Assembly: GCA_951406725.2 (NCBI GenBank)
Contig: OX597816.1
Span: forward strand, 168,144,001 to 168,208,000
Length of the DNA: 64,000 nucleotides
Direction: 5' to 3'
Origin: Octopus vulgaris
Lineage: Eukaryota
Under the pieces are notes generated by a model. The model did not search any database. It saw only the letters and a program-made list of their open reading frames with translations, and was not told the DNA's origin. A program made the position numbers and the translations under genes. Below, in pieces: positions 12,626-25,399 of this stretch (the first letter of the stretch is position 1; each line of letters starts with the position of its first letter).

Positions 12626-13341
12626 TCGGAATTAAGTATAAAATTCATTTGGAAATGAATTTCTATGAAATTAATGTAATAAAAGGACTTGCTCACTCCA
12701 TTCTCCTTGTTTCTCATCAGTGGGTCCTATTGCTCAACCCATTACTCTTCCTCTCTCTTACAGTAATTCCTAATATTACTCTTCCTCTTTCTTGCTTTTC
12801 TATCTCCTGCCTTATTCCCACAAAACGCTTACTCTGTGCTCTCTCCAATCCATCCTTTCCCAACAATTGATTTGTTTCTTCCATCATATTTTAACTTCTA
12901 CTCTTTTTGGTGGAGGAAGTGTCTCTTGTTGTGAGCAACAAAGTGACCCTACTAGTACCAGTGCCATGAACGAAGTGCCCAGTACACTCTGTAAGTGGTT
13001 AGCAAATCAAATCAAGCAGTTATACAACAGGGGTTGGGAAAATCCTTTAGTTTTGCCAAGGAGGTAACACGTATAGAGCTGGTGCCATGAAAATATACAC
13101 TCAAATCTGATTGTAGAAGCCATACCAAAACTGGGACAATGGAACAAGATATGATCCTCAGATTCATCAAATCTTGTTAAAACATCCACCCCCACACAGT
13201 ATGGAAAACAGATGAAAAATGGTGAAGATTAGGATGATGATGAAATTGTGACAAGAAACAGTTGCAAAGAATCATTTAATTCAGCAAAAATGCTCAACTT
13301 CAATATTTGAAGCACAAGTGGAACATGTCAAAATTTATAGT

Positions 13342-13730
13342 GGATGGAAGCACTCCGTCGGTTACGACGATGAGGGTTCTGGTTGATCCGAATCAACGGA
13401 ACAGCCTGCTCGTGAAATAAACGTGTAAGTGGCTGAGCACTCCACAGACACGTGCACCCTTAACGTAGTTCTCGGGGATATTCAGCGTGACACAGAGAGT
13501 GACAAGGCTGGCCCCTTGAAATACAGGTACAACAGAAACAGGAAGTAAGAGTGAGAGAAAGTTGTGGTGAAAGAGTACAGCAGGGATCACCACCATCCCC
13601 TGCCGGAGCCTCGTGGAACTTTTAGGTGTTTTCGCTCAATAAACACTCACAACGCCCGGTCTGGGAATCGAAACCGCGATCCTATGACCGCGAGTCCGCT
13701 GCCCTAACCACTGGGCCATTGCACCTCCAC
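13342..13730 (-). mobile_element. tRNA-derived SINE family B (octopus OR1-like), full length
   Basis: tRNA-like head with A/B boxes on the minus strand. 12-bp TSD AAAATTTATAGT. Same family as 49814-50205. Confidence 0.9.
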
Positions 13731-14141
13731 AAAAATTTATAGTAAATGGTTAGTTGCCAACCTTCAACTAAAATACACCATAATGCCCCTGGACCACAAG
13801 TAGCGGTAGCCTGTTGATATCGTAGCCTGTGAGCCTTCCTACCACTTCTCCAATACATTTATAACCATCTCAACTATTCCTTTAACATCCAAGAAAATTG
13901 TAATCCTAAATATCTATAACAATTATTGTTCATATCACATGTATATCATTGACACTATCCTTTACAAACAATTTACATGGTATCAAATATCGAGGTTTTA
14001 TTTGTTTATTTATTCAGTTATTCGTTCATTAAGTTTTAATACTGCTGCACTGAAGTGATACTAATTAAAGTGTAAATAATCTATTTATACATCAATATAT
14101 ATCAATAAATCTCTGCAATAAAATTCGAAACTAATCTTATT

Positions 14142-14369
14142 TTAACACTTTAGTATTCACATTTCTCTATCAAAAGTAATGCTTATTTATACACATTGTT
14201 TTGAATTCATCACACATTATCTTGTAGCTTTGAGATTTTGATGATGTGATTGTTTACTTTTAGACGGGCATTGTTGGGTAGGTGTGAGAGACCTGATCTG
14301 TCCAGTTTGAACATAAAGCAGGAAGAATATTTGGGCCTGATATGGCCTGCTTGAAAACGAAAGGTTTAA
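14142..14369. mobile_element. piggyBac-like MITE, degenerate
   Basis: TTAA at both ends with TTAACACTTT / AAAGGTTTAA termini. Confidence 0.5.
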
Positions 14370-15039
14370 TATATGAAATCTGTACATTAATAAAAAACAC
14401 AATTACAGTTTAAATTATGAGAGATATGGAAAGTACTTTTTCCCTAGTTTACAAGATTTTGAGAATCTGCCAAATTTACATCTGATTTAATTAAAGAATT
14501 TTTATAGTAGCTATAAATTCAAGAAACAAGCCACTCACTTAATCATTAAGCTGCTGACCTTCTAAATGGCAAATCTAAAGACACTTGACAAGAAAATTAT
14601 TCCGTATACTTCACCGCTTTAATATCCAGCAAAATATTACATGTACATACATTCTATGAATGATCTTAGGTATTTATTGCATTTACTTATTAAGTGCAAA
14701 ATATTAAGTACATTGAATACATTCTGTAAATCATACATCTACAGAGAACAATAGCACTTTATATTCACATTAGATACACTGTGTATACCCGTCTTTTTCA
14801 GTTGAGGCTATCTGAGAACTGAGGCACATGAAATCACCAACTTGATGGATGGGGGTCTCTGCTGAGGTTGGTGATGGGTCCTTGTTGATTGTGAGCAATC
14901 AAGTTGTTTTTACTAGTATTCACAAGTAGTCCAACATCATATGAAGAAAGGCTGAAGACGCTCGACGACACCATGGTGATCTCATTCTCACTCCCAACAT
15001 CATAAGCAGAAAGTGTAACCTCTCGAAAGAGCTATTCTT

Positions 15040-15326
15040 CACTCCTACTCCAGAGTGTGGGCTGTGGGGTCACTCCAAAAAGCTCTATCTATGACAATTT
15101 CATCTCAATCGAAGGAGAGGGGCTTTCTCCGTCCAGGTTGCGGATCTGTGGAATAAGCTGCCGGATGAGATAGTGCAGATGCTGACGACCGCTCGGTTCA
15201 AAGTCTCTCTTGACCAGAAATGGCCTGAACTCTTTGTATGACCACCCTCCCTGTACATAACTCCCTGTCCCCCTACATGGCCTTGCTTCTGCTTTTTGAG
15301 CCAGTAAAAATTAAATTAAATTAAAA
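15040..15326 (+). mobile_element. CR1-type LINE 3' end
   Basis: 'GHSKKLYL*QFHLNRRRGAFSVQVADLWNKLPDEIV..FKVSLDQKW' plus (AAATT)n tail. A second copy lies inverted at 18470-18622. Confidence 0.85.
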
Positions 15327-15459
15327 CTAAATGTGCAGCTAATTCTAGACTATGAAGTAATTGGATATCAGTTATTTTTGAGCTGGATATCCAGTCAATC
15401 ATCATCATCATCATCATCATCGTTTAACGTCCGCTTTCCATGCTAGCATGGGGAGGCTG

Positions 15460-16600
15460 TTTAGATTGTCAAGTAATGTTCTGAGGTCACAATACAGAGT
15501 GATCCCAAAGAGAAAAGGTACCAGTGTGTTCCCCAAGAGTGTTCTGGCTTTGATGCCAAAGAAACTTGTATCATCATCTGGTGACCTTACCATTGATTTG
15601 GTGTTGTTATAGAATATCATAACTACTACTGTTGTTTCCTTAGGAACACCATAGGTATTTTTTCCATTTTACCATGGTGGATGGAGCCAAAAGCCTTTGA
15701 GATATAAACACACAGTAATACTGTTTCAAGATCTCTGGCTCTTATTCCTTTCAGCAGACAGCAAACTGTGTGTATTTGTACAAGAGTTGATCTATTTTAT
15801 CTGAAGCCATTTTCATTTCTTCTCCAAACTTCCACAATTTCTGGTTGTATCCTGTTGGTTGATAAAAGTGAATTATAAAGTTTTTCAATGATGGTTGTCA
15901 GAGTGATGCCTCTGTCATTCTTTGTAAAACCCAAATTACCTTTCTTTGGAAATGGGAGTATGCAGCCTTCAGTCCATTGTAGACCATATGGCAGAAACCA
16001 AACAGAATATCATTGAATTCTCCTGTTTCCCAAACTTAAGATGGAATGTTATCAAATCCAGTTTTAATGTTGAATATGGAGTTTTTGGTTTTGCTCTATT
16101 GTTTATGGCTGAGTATAGAAATATTTTGTTTATGAGGTTTTTGTGTAGGGTGTTATTTTTTGGTGGTGGATTTTTAAGGATTTCTATTGGGATTTCCATA
16201 TCATTAATTGTAGGGTTATTGAGATTTTTATTTATTTGGTGTTTGTGTGAGTTATCCTCGATATCATTATGATTTATTAATATATTTAATTTGGAAAAGG
16301 TATTTGCCATGTGTATTGATAATTTAAATTTTTATTGGGGTGTTTAGGAAAATAATGTTTTATCAGTTTTTTCAACTCATCAATGGTGAAATCACCAGTG
16401 ATATCAAGGGTATGGTCAATAAGTAATGTTATACCTGCATCAGAAATTGAGGATAAGTTCTCAAGCAAATTTTGAAAATGATTTCTCCACTTTTCTTAGA
16501 AGTTCCTGTGGATATTTAGCTTTAATTTTTGACTTGAGAGTTTTTGCACCTACTTATTTCATTTACTGTCCACCGAGACCAGTGAGGTTTGCTTGTTTGC
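15460..16600 (-). mobile_element. Degenerate RTE-like LINE RT fragment, interrupted by an AT-rich insert at about 16020-16345
   Basis: 'YNNTKSMVRSPDDDTSFFGIKARTLLGNTLVPFLF' (degenerate GVLQGDTLAPFLF) and 'ITGDFTIDELKK'. Confidence 0.7.
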
Positions 16601-16607
16601 TGCAGCA

Positions 16608-16835
16608 TACTCTTTTACTCTTTTACTCTTTTACTTGTTTCAGTCATTTGACTGTGGCCATGCTGGAGCACCGCCTTTAATCGAGCAACTCAACCCCGGG
16701 ACTTATTCTTTGTAAGCCCAGTACTTTATTCTATCGGTCTCTTTTACCGAACTGCTAAGTTACGGGGACGCACACACACACACTGGCATCGGTTGTCAAG
16801 CAATGCTAGGGGGACAAACACAGACACACAAACAC

Positions 16836-16866
<31 letters not shown>

Positions 16867-17032
16867 CATATGTACGACAGGCTTCTTTCAGTTTCCGTCT
16901 ACCAAACCCACTCACAAGGCATTGGTCGGCCCAAGGCTATAGTAGAAGACACTTGCCCAAGGTGCCACGCAGTGGGACTTAACTCGGAACCATGTGGTTG
17001 GTAAGCAAGCTACTTACCACACAGCCACTCCT
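16608..17032 (-). mobile_element. tRNA-derived SINE family A (octopus OK-like)
   Basis: Head GGAGTGGCTGTGTGGTAAG...GGTTC, internal (TA)n(TG)n, tail (AAAAGAGT)n. Multiple copies in the window. Confidence 0.9.
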
Positions 17033-17094
17033 GAGAGAGTTGGAGGTGATGAAAGTTATGGAAAAGTTATAACCCAATTAATTAGAAACAGAAT

Positions 17095-17768
17095 TAGACT
17101 AGATGAAATGCATCTATGGGAAAAAAACTAATATCACAGAGACTGAAGTCATGGAAACAATTAAAATGCTCAAAAGTGGCAAGGCTACTGAGGAGGATGA
17201 AATTCTCTCTGAGATGTTAAAAGCCTTAAATAAGGAAAGTATTCTCTGGATGACTTGTATATGCCAGGTGACTTGAACCGCTAGAAAGATACCAAATCAA
17301 AGGCAATCCAAGGTGATAATCCATATTTTTTTAAATAGGGAGTCAAGGTAGAGTGTCCTAATTATAGAGGAATTTCCTCGTTGAACCTACCCACTAAAGT
17401 CTATGTAAGGTGTCTGGAAAAGAGATATAGGGAAATTGTGAAGCCCAATCTAGCTCAAGAACAGTATAGCTTCCATCCAGGACACAGCACAATTGACCAG
17501 ATATTCACTCTACAACAAGTCTTTGAGAAATTATGGGAATATTGCCAACAGGTGTACACTTTACAGTTGTACATATAGGCACAGGAGTGGCTATATAGGT
17601 GCAGGAGTGGCTGTGTGGTTAGTAGCTTGTTTACCAACCACATGGTTCCAGGTTCAGTCCCACTGCGTGGCACCTTGGGCAAGTGTCTTCTGCTATAGCC
17701 TCGGGCCAACCAAAGCCTTGTGAGTGGTTTTGGTAGATGGAAACTGAAAGAAGCCTGTCGTATATATG

Positions 17769-17820
<52 letters not shown>

Positions 17821-18990
17821 TGTGTTTGTCCCCCTAGCATTGCTTGACAACCGATGCTGGTGTATTTATGTCCCCGTTACTTAGCGGTTCAGCAAAAGAG
17901 ATCGATAGAATAAGTACTGGGCTTACAAAGACTAAGTCCCGGGGTCGAGTTGCTCGATTAAAGGCGGTGCTCCAGCATGGCCGCAGTCAAATGACTGAAA
18001 CAAGTAAAAGAGTAAAGAAAAAAATATCACTTTCTTTGTAGACCACAAAAAGGCATATGGTCATATGCCACAGGACATACTGTGGAGAATTTGCAGGAGT
18101 TTGGGATTAATGAGCAACTGCTGGTTGCTGTGAAGTCGCCTATACAAAATACCATGATATTTACATTTGCACAAATGCTACTAAGTCAAAACCTTTTAAT
18201 GTGGGTGTTGGACTTTGACAGGGATGCATATTGTAATTTCTCCTTTTCATGGCTTTTATAACATGTGCAGCTGTTGTCGCAATGCTGTCAAAATTGGTGG
18301 ATTAGGATTGGTTGGCTGATATTTGCAGACGACCTGGTGCTAGATGACTCATCAGAAGATGATCACATGCATGCACTGAATGGGTTTGTTGTTGAGTGTT
18401 ACATGGCAGGGATGAGAATTACTCTTGTGAAGACTGAGACATTGTTTTTCTCAGAGAAAGTCTTCCAAATTAAGTTAAGTTAAGTTAAGTTAATTTTTGG
18501 GCTCAAAAAGCAAAAAGCAAGGCCATGTAGGGGGACATGGAGTTATGTACAGGGAGGACGTTCATGTAAAGAGTTCAGGCCATTTCTGGTCAAGAGAGAC
18601 TTTGAACCGAGCGGTCGTCAGCAAGTGTAATCTGCATCTTAGTGGAACATCACTGAAATAAGTGGAGAAGTTAAAGTATCTCAGGGTTGTATCCACAAGT
18701 GATGAGAAGCAGGAAGTTGGATTGTATGCTAGAATTGCAGATGTTGCAGTGATGCCCCAGTTCCAGCATTCAATCCTCAGAATAGGAAAAGTTGATAAAA
18801 AAAAAAGCCAACCTCACTATCTTCAATTTTGTTTCCATGCCTATCCTTATCTATGGTCATGAATGTCAGGTAATGATGAAATGAGTATAATTGCAAGTAC
18901 AAGCAGCCAAAATGGGGTTCTTCTGAAAGATCCCTGGAGTAACATTAGCCAACAGGATGTATAGCTCATACCTAACTTATTTCAATGATT
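17095..18990 (+). mobile_element. Degenerate RTE-clade LINE reverse transcriptase, interrupted by a SINE and a CR1 fragment
   Basis: 'KSGKATEEDEI', 'CPNYRGISSLNLPTKVY..EQYSFHPGHSTIDQIFTLQQVFEK', 'LIFADDLVL', 'VEKLKYL'. Confidence 0.85.
17577..18017 (+). mobile_element. tRNA-derived SINE family A (OK-like) inserted in a LINE
   Basis: Full family structure. Splits the RT between QQVY and the VD..KAY motif. Confidence 0.9.
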
Positions 18991-19059
18991 TCATTGGAAT
19001 TTCATTGCAAGATGAATACCCATGACAACAAGCAGATATTACTTATGAATATGGTTATA

Positions 19060-20304
19060 CAGGGGTTGGACAAAATAATGGAAACACCCAACATATTAGT
19101 ATCATCATTTTGAAATATATATAAAACTGTCAAAAGCTTTATTTTTGTGTATTTTGATTTATTATTAGTGTTGCTTAATATGTTTTGCTAAAATTGCAAT
19201 TTCTTTTCAGATATCATCAGAAAAAGGTAATTAAAATTCATTAAAATGACAGATCTATCGGACTTTCAAAAAGCTCAAATTGTTGGTACTTATATGGCAG
19301 GTGCCAGCATAATGAAAACAGCCGAAATGTTTGGTGTATCAAGAAGTATTGTCTTGAAAGTAATGACAGCCTTTGGAGAAAGAAGGAAAACCTCCTCAAT
19401 GAAACAAAACTCCAGAAGAAAACCAAAACTTTTAGATAGAAAGGATCACAAAAGTACAGCTCCCAAAAATTACTGCAGAGCTTAATGACCACCTTGAGAA
19501 CCCAGTTTCCACAAAAACTGTTTGCCAGGAGCTGCACAAAGCTGGATTTCATGGGACAGCTGCAATCAGAAAACCACTACTTTCAAAAATGAATGTTGCA
19601 AAGCATTTAGAGTGGAGTAAAAACCTACAGAATTGGTCACTAGAGCAGTGGAAGAATGTTAATTTTTCAGATGAGTCATCCTTTACCTTATTTCTGACCA
19701 CTGGCCGAGTATATGTGTAGAGACAGCCAAAAGAAGCATTTGACCCAGACTGCCATCTTCCAACTGTTAAACATGGAGGATCTGTGATGATTGGGGGGAG
19801 GGGGGGCTATATCTTGGAAAACTGCTGGCCCAGTGGTTTCCCTTCATGGCAGAATTAATAGTCAAGACTCTTTAAGCATTTTATCTGATCAAATTCATCC
19901 TATGGTTGTGGAACTTTTCTGGAGAGAAACGCTATCTTTCAGGATGATAATGCACCAATTCACACAGCTAAAGTCGTTACTGAATGGCACGAAGAACATT
20001 CTAGTGAAGTTGAACATCTTATCTGGCCACTACAGTCCCCAGATCTCAATATTATTGAACATTTATGGTTTATTTTAGAAAAACAAGTCAGGAGTTGCTA
20101 TCCTCCACCATCATCACTACAAGAAGGGGAGACTGTTTTAGCTGAAGAATGGTCGAAAATTCCTTTTGGAAACAATTTAAAGTTTGTACGAGTCCATACT
20201 TCATAGAATTCAAGCTGTAATTACTGCCAAAAGTGGTCCTACTCCATTTTAAAATAAATTTGTTTGAAATTTTAAGGTGTTTCCATTATTTTGTCTAACC
20301 CCTG
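19060..20304 (+). mobile_element. Tc1-like DNA transposon, full length but frameshifted
   Basis: TIRs CAGGGGTTGGACAAAATAATGGAAACACC / GGTGTTTCCATTATTTTGTCTAACCCCTG with TA flanks. Motifs FSDES, FQDDNAPIH, WPLQSPDLNIIEHLW. Confidence 0.95.
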
Positions 20305-20793
20305 TATGTAAGTTATAGGCATTTTGAAATGGTTGTCCAGATAAGACTTAACATAATCTTTGTCTTCTATTTTGTCTTCCTTTCTTTTGTAATCTGCATT
20401 TTGAGTTCCATGAAGATATGGGCAGGTATAGTGGTGAAGAATACCTGCACACCCACACACACACAACTAATTGCATACCGATATATATACACACACATTT
20501 ATCATCACAAAAACTTTGTTGGTGCTCTACTCAAAATTTAAACACACTAATCGACTTATACCTAGTAGTCCAAAATATTTATTATTACTAGAAATATTTC
20601 ATTTCTAAATCTCTGGCAGCTTGATAAAGTGAAGGCTTGTTGCCAACTTAATGTGTCAGTCCCAGGAAATGGAAGAATGCTACAGCTATTTAGGCCTGGG
20701 AAATACCGTTTCCAGTAGGCTATGTGACAAAAGCATTCTGTGTCCTTATGTTTTCAAAGGGGAGATAAGCACCTCCACTCAGCAAAGCCAGCT

Positions 20794-20836
20794 TCCAGAG
20801 ACTAGTTTCAGAGTCATTGCCCCTCATCAGTCTGGA
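20794..20836 (-). ncRNA. Minimal type I hammerhead ribozyme motif
   Basis: Minus strand reads TCCAGA-CTGATGA-GGGGCAATGACTCT-GAAA-CTAG-TC-TCTGGA. Perfect 6-bp stem I, palindromic ACTAGT stem III, GUC cleavage triplet. G-U at 10.1-11.1. Confidence 0.75.
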
Positions 20837-21049
20837 GTAGCATGGCTTGCTAGCTGTCAATGCTTATTCACCTTTGAAAACATAGAATTTCAAGTGAAAT
20901 AATTTCACTGATCTGCAAAACTAGAAATATTGCATTTCTAAATCTCTCAGTGAGACTTATACAGTAGCATCACAATAAAGTGATGGTTTGTTGCCAACTT
21001 AATGTGGCAGTCCCAGGAAATAGAAGAATGCTACTGCAACAAACCAAAA

Positions 21050-21402
21050 GTTTTAGGTGTGGAAGTAAGGCCTAGAACTGAAGGGCCTTAGAGTTAACCA
21101 AGTAAAAACCAAAGTCTTTGTAAGAAGGAAAGCAGACAAAACACAAATCCCTTCAGGATTACTAGACATAAACTTAATTCTGTTGGAATTGACTGCTCAA
21201 TCTGTAGAAAAAGTGAATGGTAGAAACTCTATAAGATGTACCCATTGTAAGCTATGTACACATAAGAAGTGCTGCAATATCAAAGGAAAGTTAACTGGGA
21301 GGATAGTTTTTGTGTGTGGAAGATGCACAAGTGCAATAAACACTGAAGATGTACAGAAAATAGATTCCATCACATACTACGGGAAAAAAACTAGAAGTAG
21401 TA
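21050..21402 (+). mobile_element. RTE-like LINE fragment with Cys-rich (PHD-like) insert in the RT C-terminal region
   Basis: 'GLRVNQVKTKV', 'NSIRCTHCKLCTHKKCCNIKGKL....FVCGRC'. Confidence 0.75.
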
Positions 21403-21865
21403 CTACTTTTCTTTTTCAAGCCTGGCACTAATTCTGATAAGCCTGGTACTTTTGCTGAACTGCTAAGTTACAGGAATGTAAACACACCAACACCAGTTGT
21501 CAAGCAGTGGTGGGAGATACACACACACACACACACATATAACAGCAGCACACCAAACATCATGATGTTCACTGGCTGTTTGATTTTTATCACTCTCAGT
21601 ACATGACCTCAGAGGGTGCTGTCCTCAGATTGACACCCAAACACTATGAAATGTTTGTATTGAAGTGTCTGGCATGAATACCAAGCAGTACAGCATGTTG
21701 TTTCTAAATTTCTGGCAGAGTGAATTGTGTCATGGTGCTGTTTTTCTCACAGACGGTACCCAACTGACCCTACTATACTGTGTAGTCAACAAAATCAAAA
21801 ACAAACAATGCACATGCACGAAATTAAAAATATAAAATGGCATCAATTTACCCATCGCACCCTGT

Positions 21866-22078
<213 letters not shown>

Positions 22079-22269
22079 CATACCTCAGCTTAAGTCATTT
22101 CAATTTAAGTCTCTCAATTATATGTCAGTTTTCAAAAGTGATATATGGAAAGATAAAAATCAAATGAAGTCATTTTACTCAACTTTACATCTGTCTGCCA
22201 CAAACACTGGAATCGTAAAATCACCAGAAAACCATTAAAAGCACATAAAATCATGTTACTGTACAATAG

Positions 22270-22575
22270 GAGCACTCCGTCGGTTACGATGACGAGGGTC
22301 CCAATGGAACAGCTTGCTTGTGAAATTAACATGCAAGTGGCTGAGCACTCCACAGACACATGTACTCTTCACGTAGTTCTCAGGGAGATTCAGTGTGACA
22401 CAGAATGTGACAAGGCTGACCCTCTGAAATACTAGCACTACACATTTTTGTCAGCTGAATGGACTGGAGCAACACGAAATAAAGTGTCTTGCTTGAGGAC
22501 ACAATGTGTCACCAGGAATTGAACTCACAACCTTATGATTGTGAGCTGAATGCCCTAACCACTAAGCCATGCACC
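22270..22575 (-). mobile_element. SINE family B variant, diverged
   Basis: Shares the GCACTCCGTCGGTTACGA..GTGGCTGAGCACTCCACAGACAC core with 13342. Confidence 0.75.
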
Positions 22576-22719
22576 TGTACAATAAATAAGAATAAAAGCA
22601 TAGAAAACCATATTAAAATACATACAGTAAATGTTAAGATACACACCATAAAGTAGTGTAGCTTAGTGAACAAAATCATGGAATCTTGAAATCACCAAAA
22701 TGTATGTATGTATTGATAA

Positions 22720-23045
22720 TCATCATCATCATCATCGTTTAACGTCCGGTCTCCATGCTAGCATGGGTTGGACAGTTCGACCAGGATCTGGGAAGCCAGA
22801 AGGCTGCACCAGGCTCCAGTCTGATCTAGCAGTGTTTCTACAGCTGGATGCCCTTCATAACACCAACCACTCCGTGAGTGTAGTGGGTGCTTTTTACGTA
22901 CCACCGGCACAGGTGCCAGGGGAGGCTTGCAATGGCCACAATCTGATTGGTGCTTTTTACGTGCCACCGGCACGGAAGCCAGTCAAGGCGACGCTGGCGT
23001 CGGCCACGTTCGGATGGTGCTTTTTACATACCACCGGCACAGGGA
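22720..23045 (-). mobile_element. Retroposon 3' region (RTE-related SINE family)
   Basis: (CAT)n tail and repeated GGTGCTTTTTACGTGCCACCGGCAC units. Confidence 0.85.
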
Positions 23046-23197
23046 TTAAAATAATAATAATTACTGAATTTGTTTTTTAAGCTTAAAAAAGGCTTTTATT
23101 TTACCATGTCTTATTGCAAACTGCTTTCATAAATAAAGCATCTGCAATATATGGTAAACACTGCCAAATTGTATTTGTGAATTTAGATTAGTATTTT

Positions 23198-23330
23198 TTT
23201 TTTTACTGTACTGTATTAAAAAATAAAAAATATTTGTTTGTAAGCTTAAAATAGGTTTTTATAAACTATGTCATCATCATCATCATCATCATCGTTTAAT
23301 GTCCGTTTTCCGTGCTAATGGACGTTAAAC

Positions 23331-23365
<35 letters not shown>

Positions 23366-23438
23366 CATAGTTTATAAAAACCTATTTTAAGCTTACAAAC
23401 AAATATTTTTTATTTTTTAATACAGTTCAGTAAAAAAA
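23198..23438. repeat. Near-perfect inverted repeat centred on a retroposon tail
   Basis: About 23198-23307 is the reverse complement of about 23317-23438. Confidence 0.92.
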
Positions 23439-23547
23439 CAAGGGGGAATGGTTATTATCAATTTAGCTTAGAGACAAATCGATTCAACTTAAGTCTTGTC
23501 TCCTGGAATCAATTAATGATGTAGGGTGAGGTATGCCTATGTGTATG

Positions 23548-23611
<64 letters not shown>

Positions 23612-24151
23612 GAGAGAGAGAGAGAGAGAGAGACAGGCAAAGAGAGTGAGAGAGACACATCCACACACACACCAATACACACAAGCACACACACACACAC
23701 AGATATATACACACATATAAACATACATATACACAATCACTTCAGTCAATACACATACATAGAGGATCAAACTATCAAATATATACATCTACAGAGACAC
23801 ACATACACTCATACTCTATTATACTTTATTACCAAGAATGAATACTGTGATATACTGTAAATAGGGGGTAATATATAGAAAAGTTCATATCTTAACAGCA
23901 TAAATACACCATATCATATAGACTGTTAGCAATGATGAATATGATATATATTGTTACAGACACATAATAAAATAACATGACAAATTATATTTACACAAAA
24001 CTACTATATAAGACAATGAAGCAAAGACTATCAGATTTCAAATGAATGCTTAGAAATAACATATTAAAGAGAAAAACAATTAGTTTTAAATCTCTGAATG
24101 AGAAGTCGGTAGTAACACTACTACAGAGATAAAATCTATTTGTTAATGTAA

Positions 24152-24419
24152 AGTGGCACTCCTGATAAAGACGGTGTTACTACCTTTTTTTAGCCCCAGG
24201 AAAACATCTTTCCCAGCTAGCTACGGATGTACAACTGTGTCTTTATACCCCAAACGAGGGAGCTAATGTCCCCACTCAGCCTGAAACCATTTAAGGCTGA
24301 GTGGGGACATTAGGTCCCTTGTTTCAGGTATAAGTGTTGTGTGTCAGTAGCCACTTTGAAAAGATGTCTTCCTGAGGCTAAAAAAAGGTAGTAACATCAA
24401 CCTAATCAGGACTGCCACT
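24152..24419. mobile_element. Fold-back MITE (almost wholly self-complementary)
   Basis: AGTGGCACTCCTGAT..GTTACTACCTTTTTTTAGCC / GGCTAAAAAAAGGTAGTAAC..ATCAGGACTGCCACT. Inner CTAATGTCCCCACTCAGCCT / AGGCTGAGTGGGGACATTAG. Confidence 0.85.
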
Positions 24420-24604
24420 AATATTGTTAAGTAACAATTAACAGATAGGCACAGGCATGGCTGTGTGGTAAGAAGCTTGCTTTCCCAACCATATGGTTTG
24501 GGGTTCAGTTCCGCAGTGTGGCACCAAACTTGGGCCAACTAAAGCCTTGTGAGTGGATTTGGTAAATGGAAACTGAAAGAAACCTGTCATATATATATAT
24601 ATAT

Positions 24605-25250
24605 AGATATTAGGCAAGTTATTTCCGAGTTCACAGGGGAGAGAAGTTCAATTTAGTGGTACTAAAATGAATTACTGTATTATATACATATATATAGGTA
24701 GGTTTAAGAGACAGAATCACCCTCAAGCAATTCAATCATCATTGAATGTCATTACCCACAATAGGTACATATAGGACTAAATATTAAAATCATCAAAATA
24801 CCTACAATTCTTATTCCAAATTATCAAAATTAATACCTTCAATTCTTATTTCATATCATATACTTTACTACGCGCGTTTCATGACAACATATTCCTCGAT
24901 ATTGTTGAAATAGAATGTCTCTAAATACAATACCATATTAAAATGATTATATTGCCAATCTTCAGGTCTAGCTTATATGAACTTATTTTGCTATTTACAT
25001 CCTATATAAAGACACGATCAACTAAAATTATATAACTAGAAGTTGTTGGAATCATTTTACTTTAGTAAATAATGAACAGAAATGAGGAATAAAAGTAGGA
25101 AAAAGAAATGTTAGTAAAAAGAAATGTTAACTTATGTGTATGGTCATTTTCTCTTCATGAATTAAACATGGCTACCAGCAATCGTATAAGCCAGCATTAA
25201 GAGCTATTTTGCGGGGAGATAATTCTTATTAACATTTAAAAGTTCTTAAA
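24605..25250 (-). mobile_element. AT-rich Penelope-type pseudo-LTR-like unit with hammerhead-like motif (24865-24970)
   Basis: Minus strand CTGAAGA-ttggcaat...ttgtcat-GAAA-cgcgcg-TA. Terminus resembles 32196 and 61575. Abuts (TA)n. Confidence 0.55.
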
Positions 25251-25399
25251 AGCTATTTTCTATTATTTATGATAATAAATCAGGAGAAGCCAGAAGTGAG
25301 TGTATGATGGCAATAGTCTAATATATTCTTCTTAGTTAATTTATTTTATTTAAATGTTAACTTTGATGAATAATAAATTTCTAGGTTGGTAAATAGGTA

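Noticed and set aside
14539-14575. Small minus-strand exon with GTGAGT donor
   Set aside because: All three frames contain a stop. Unsupported as coding.
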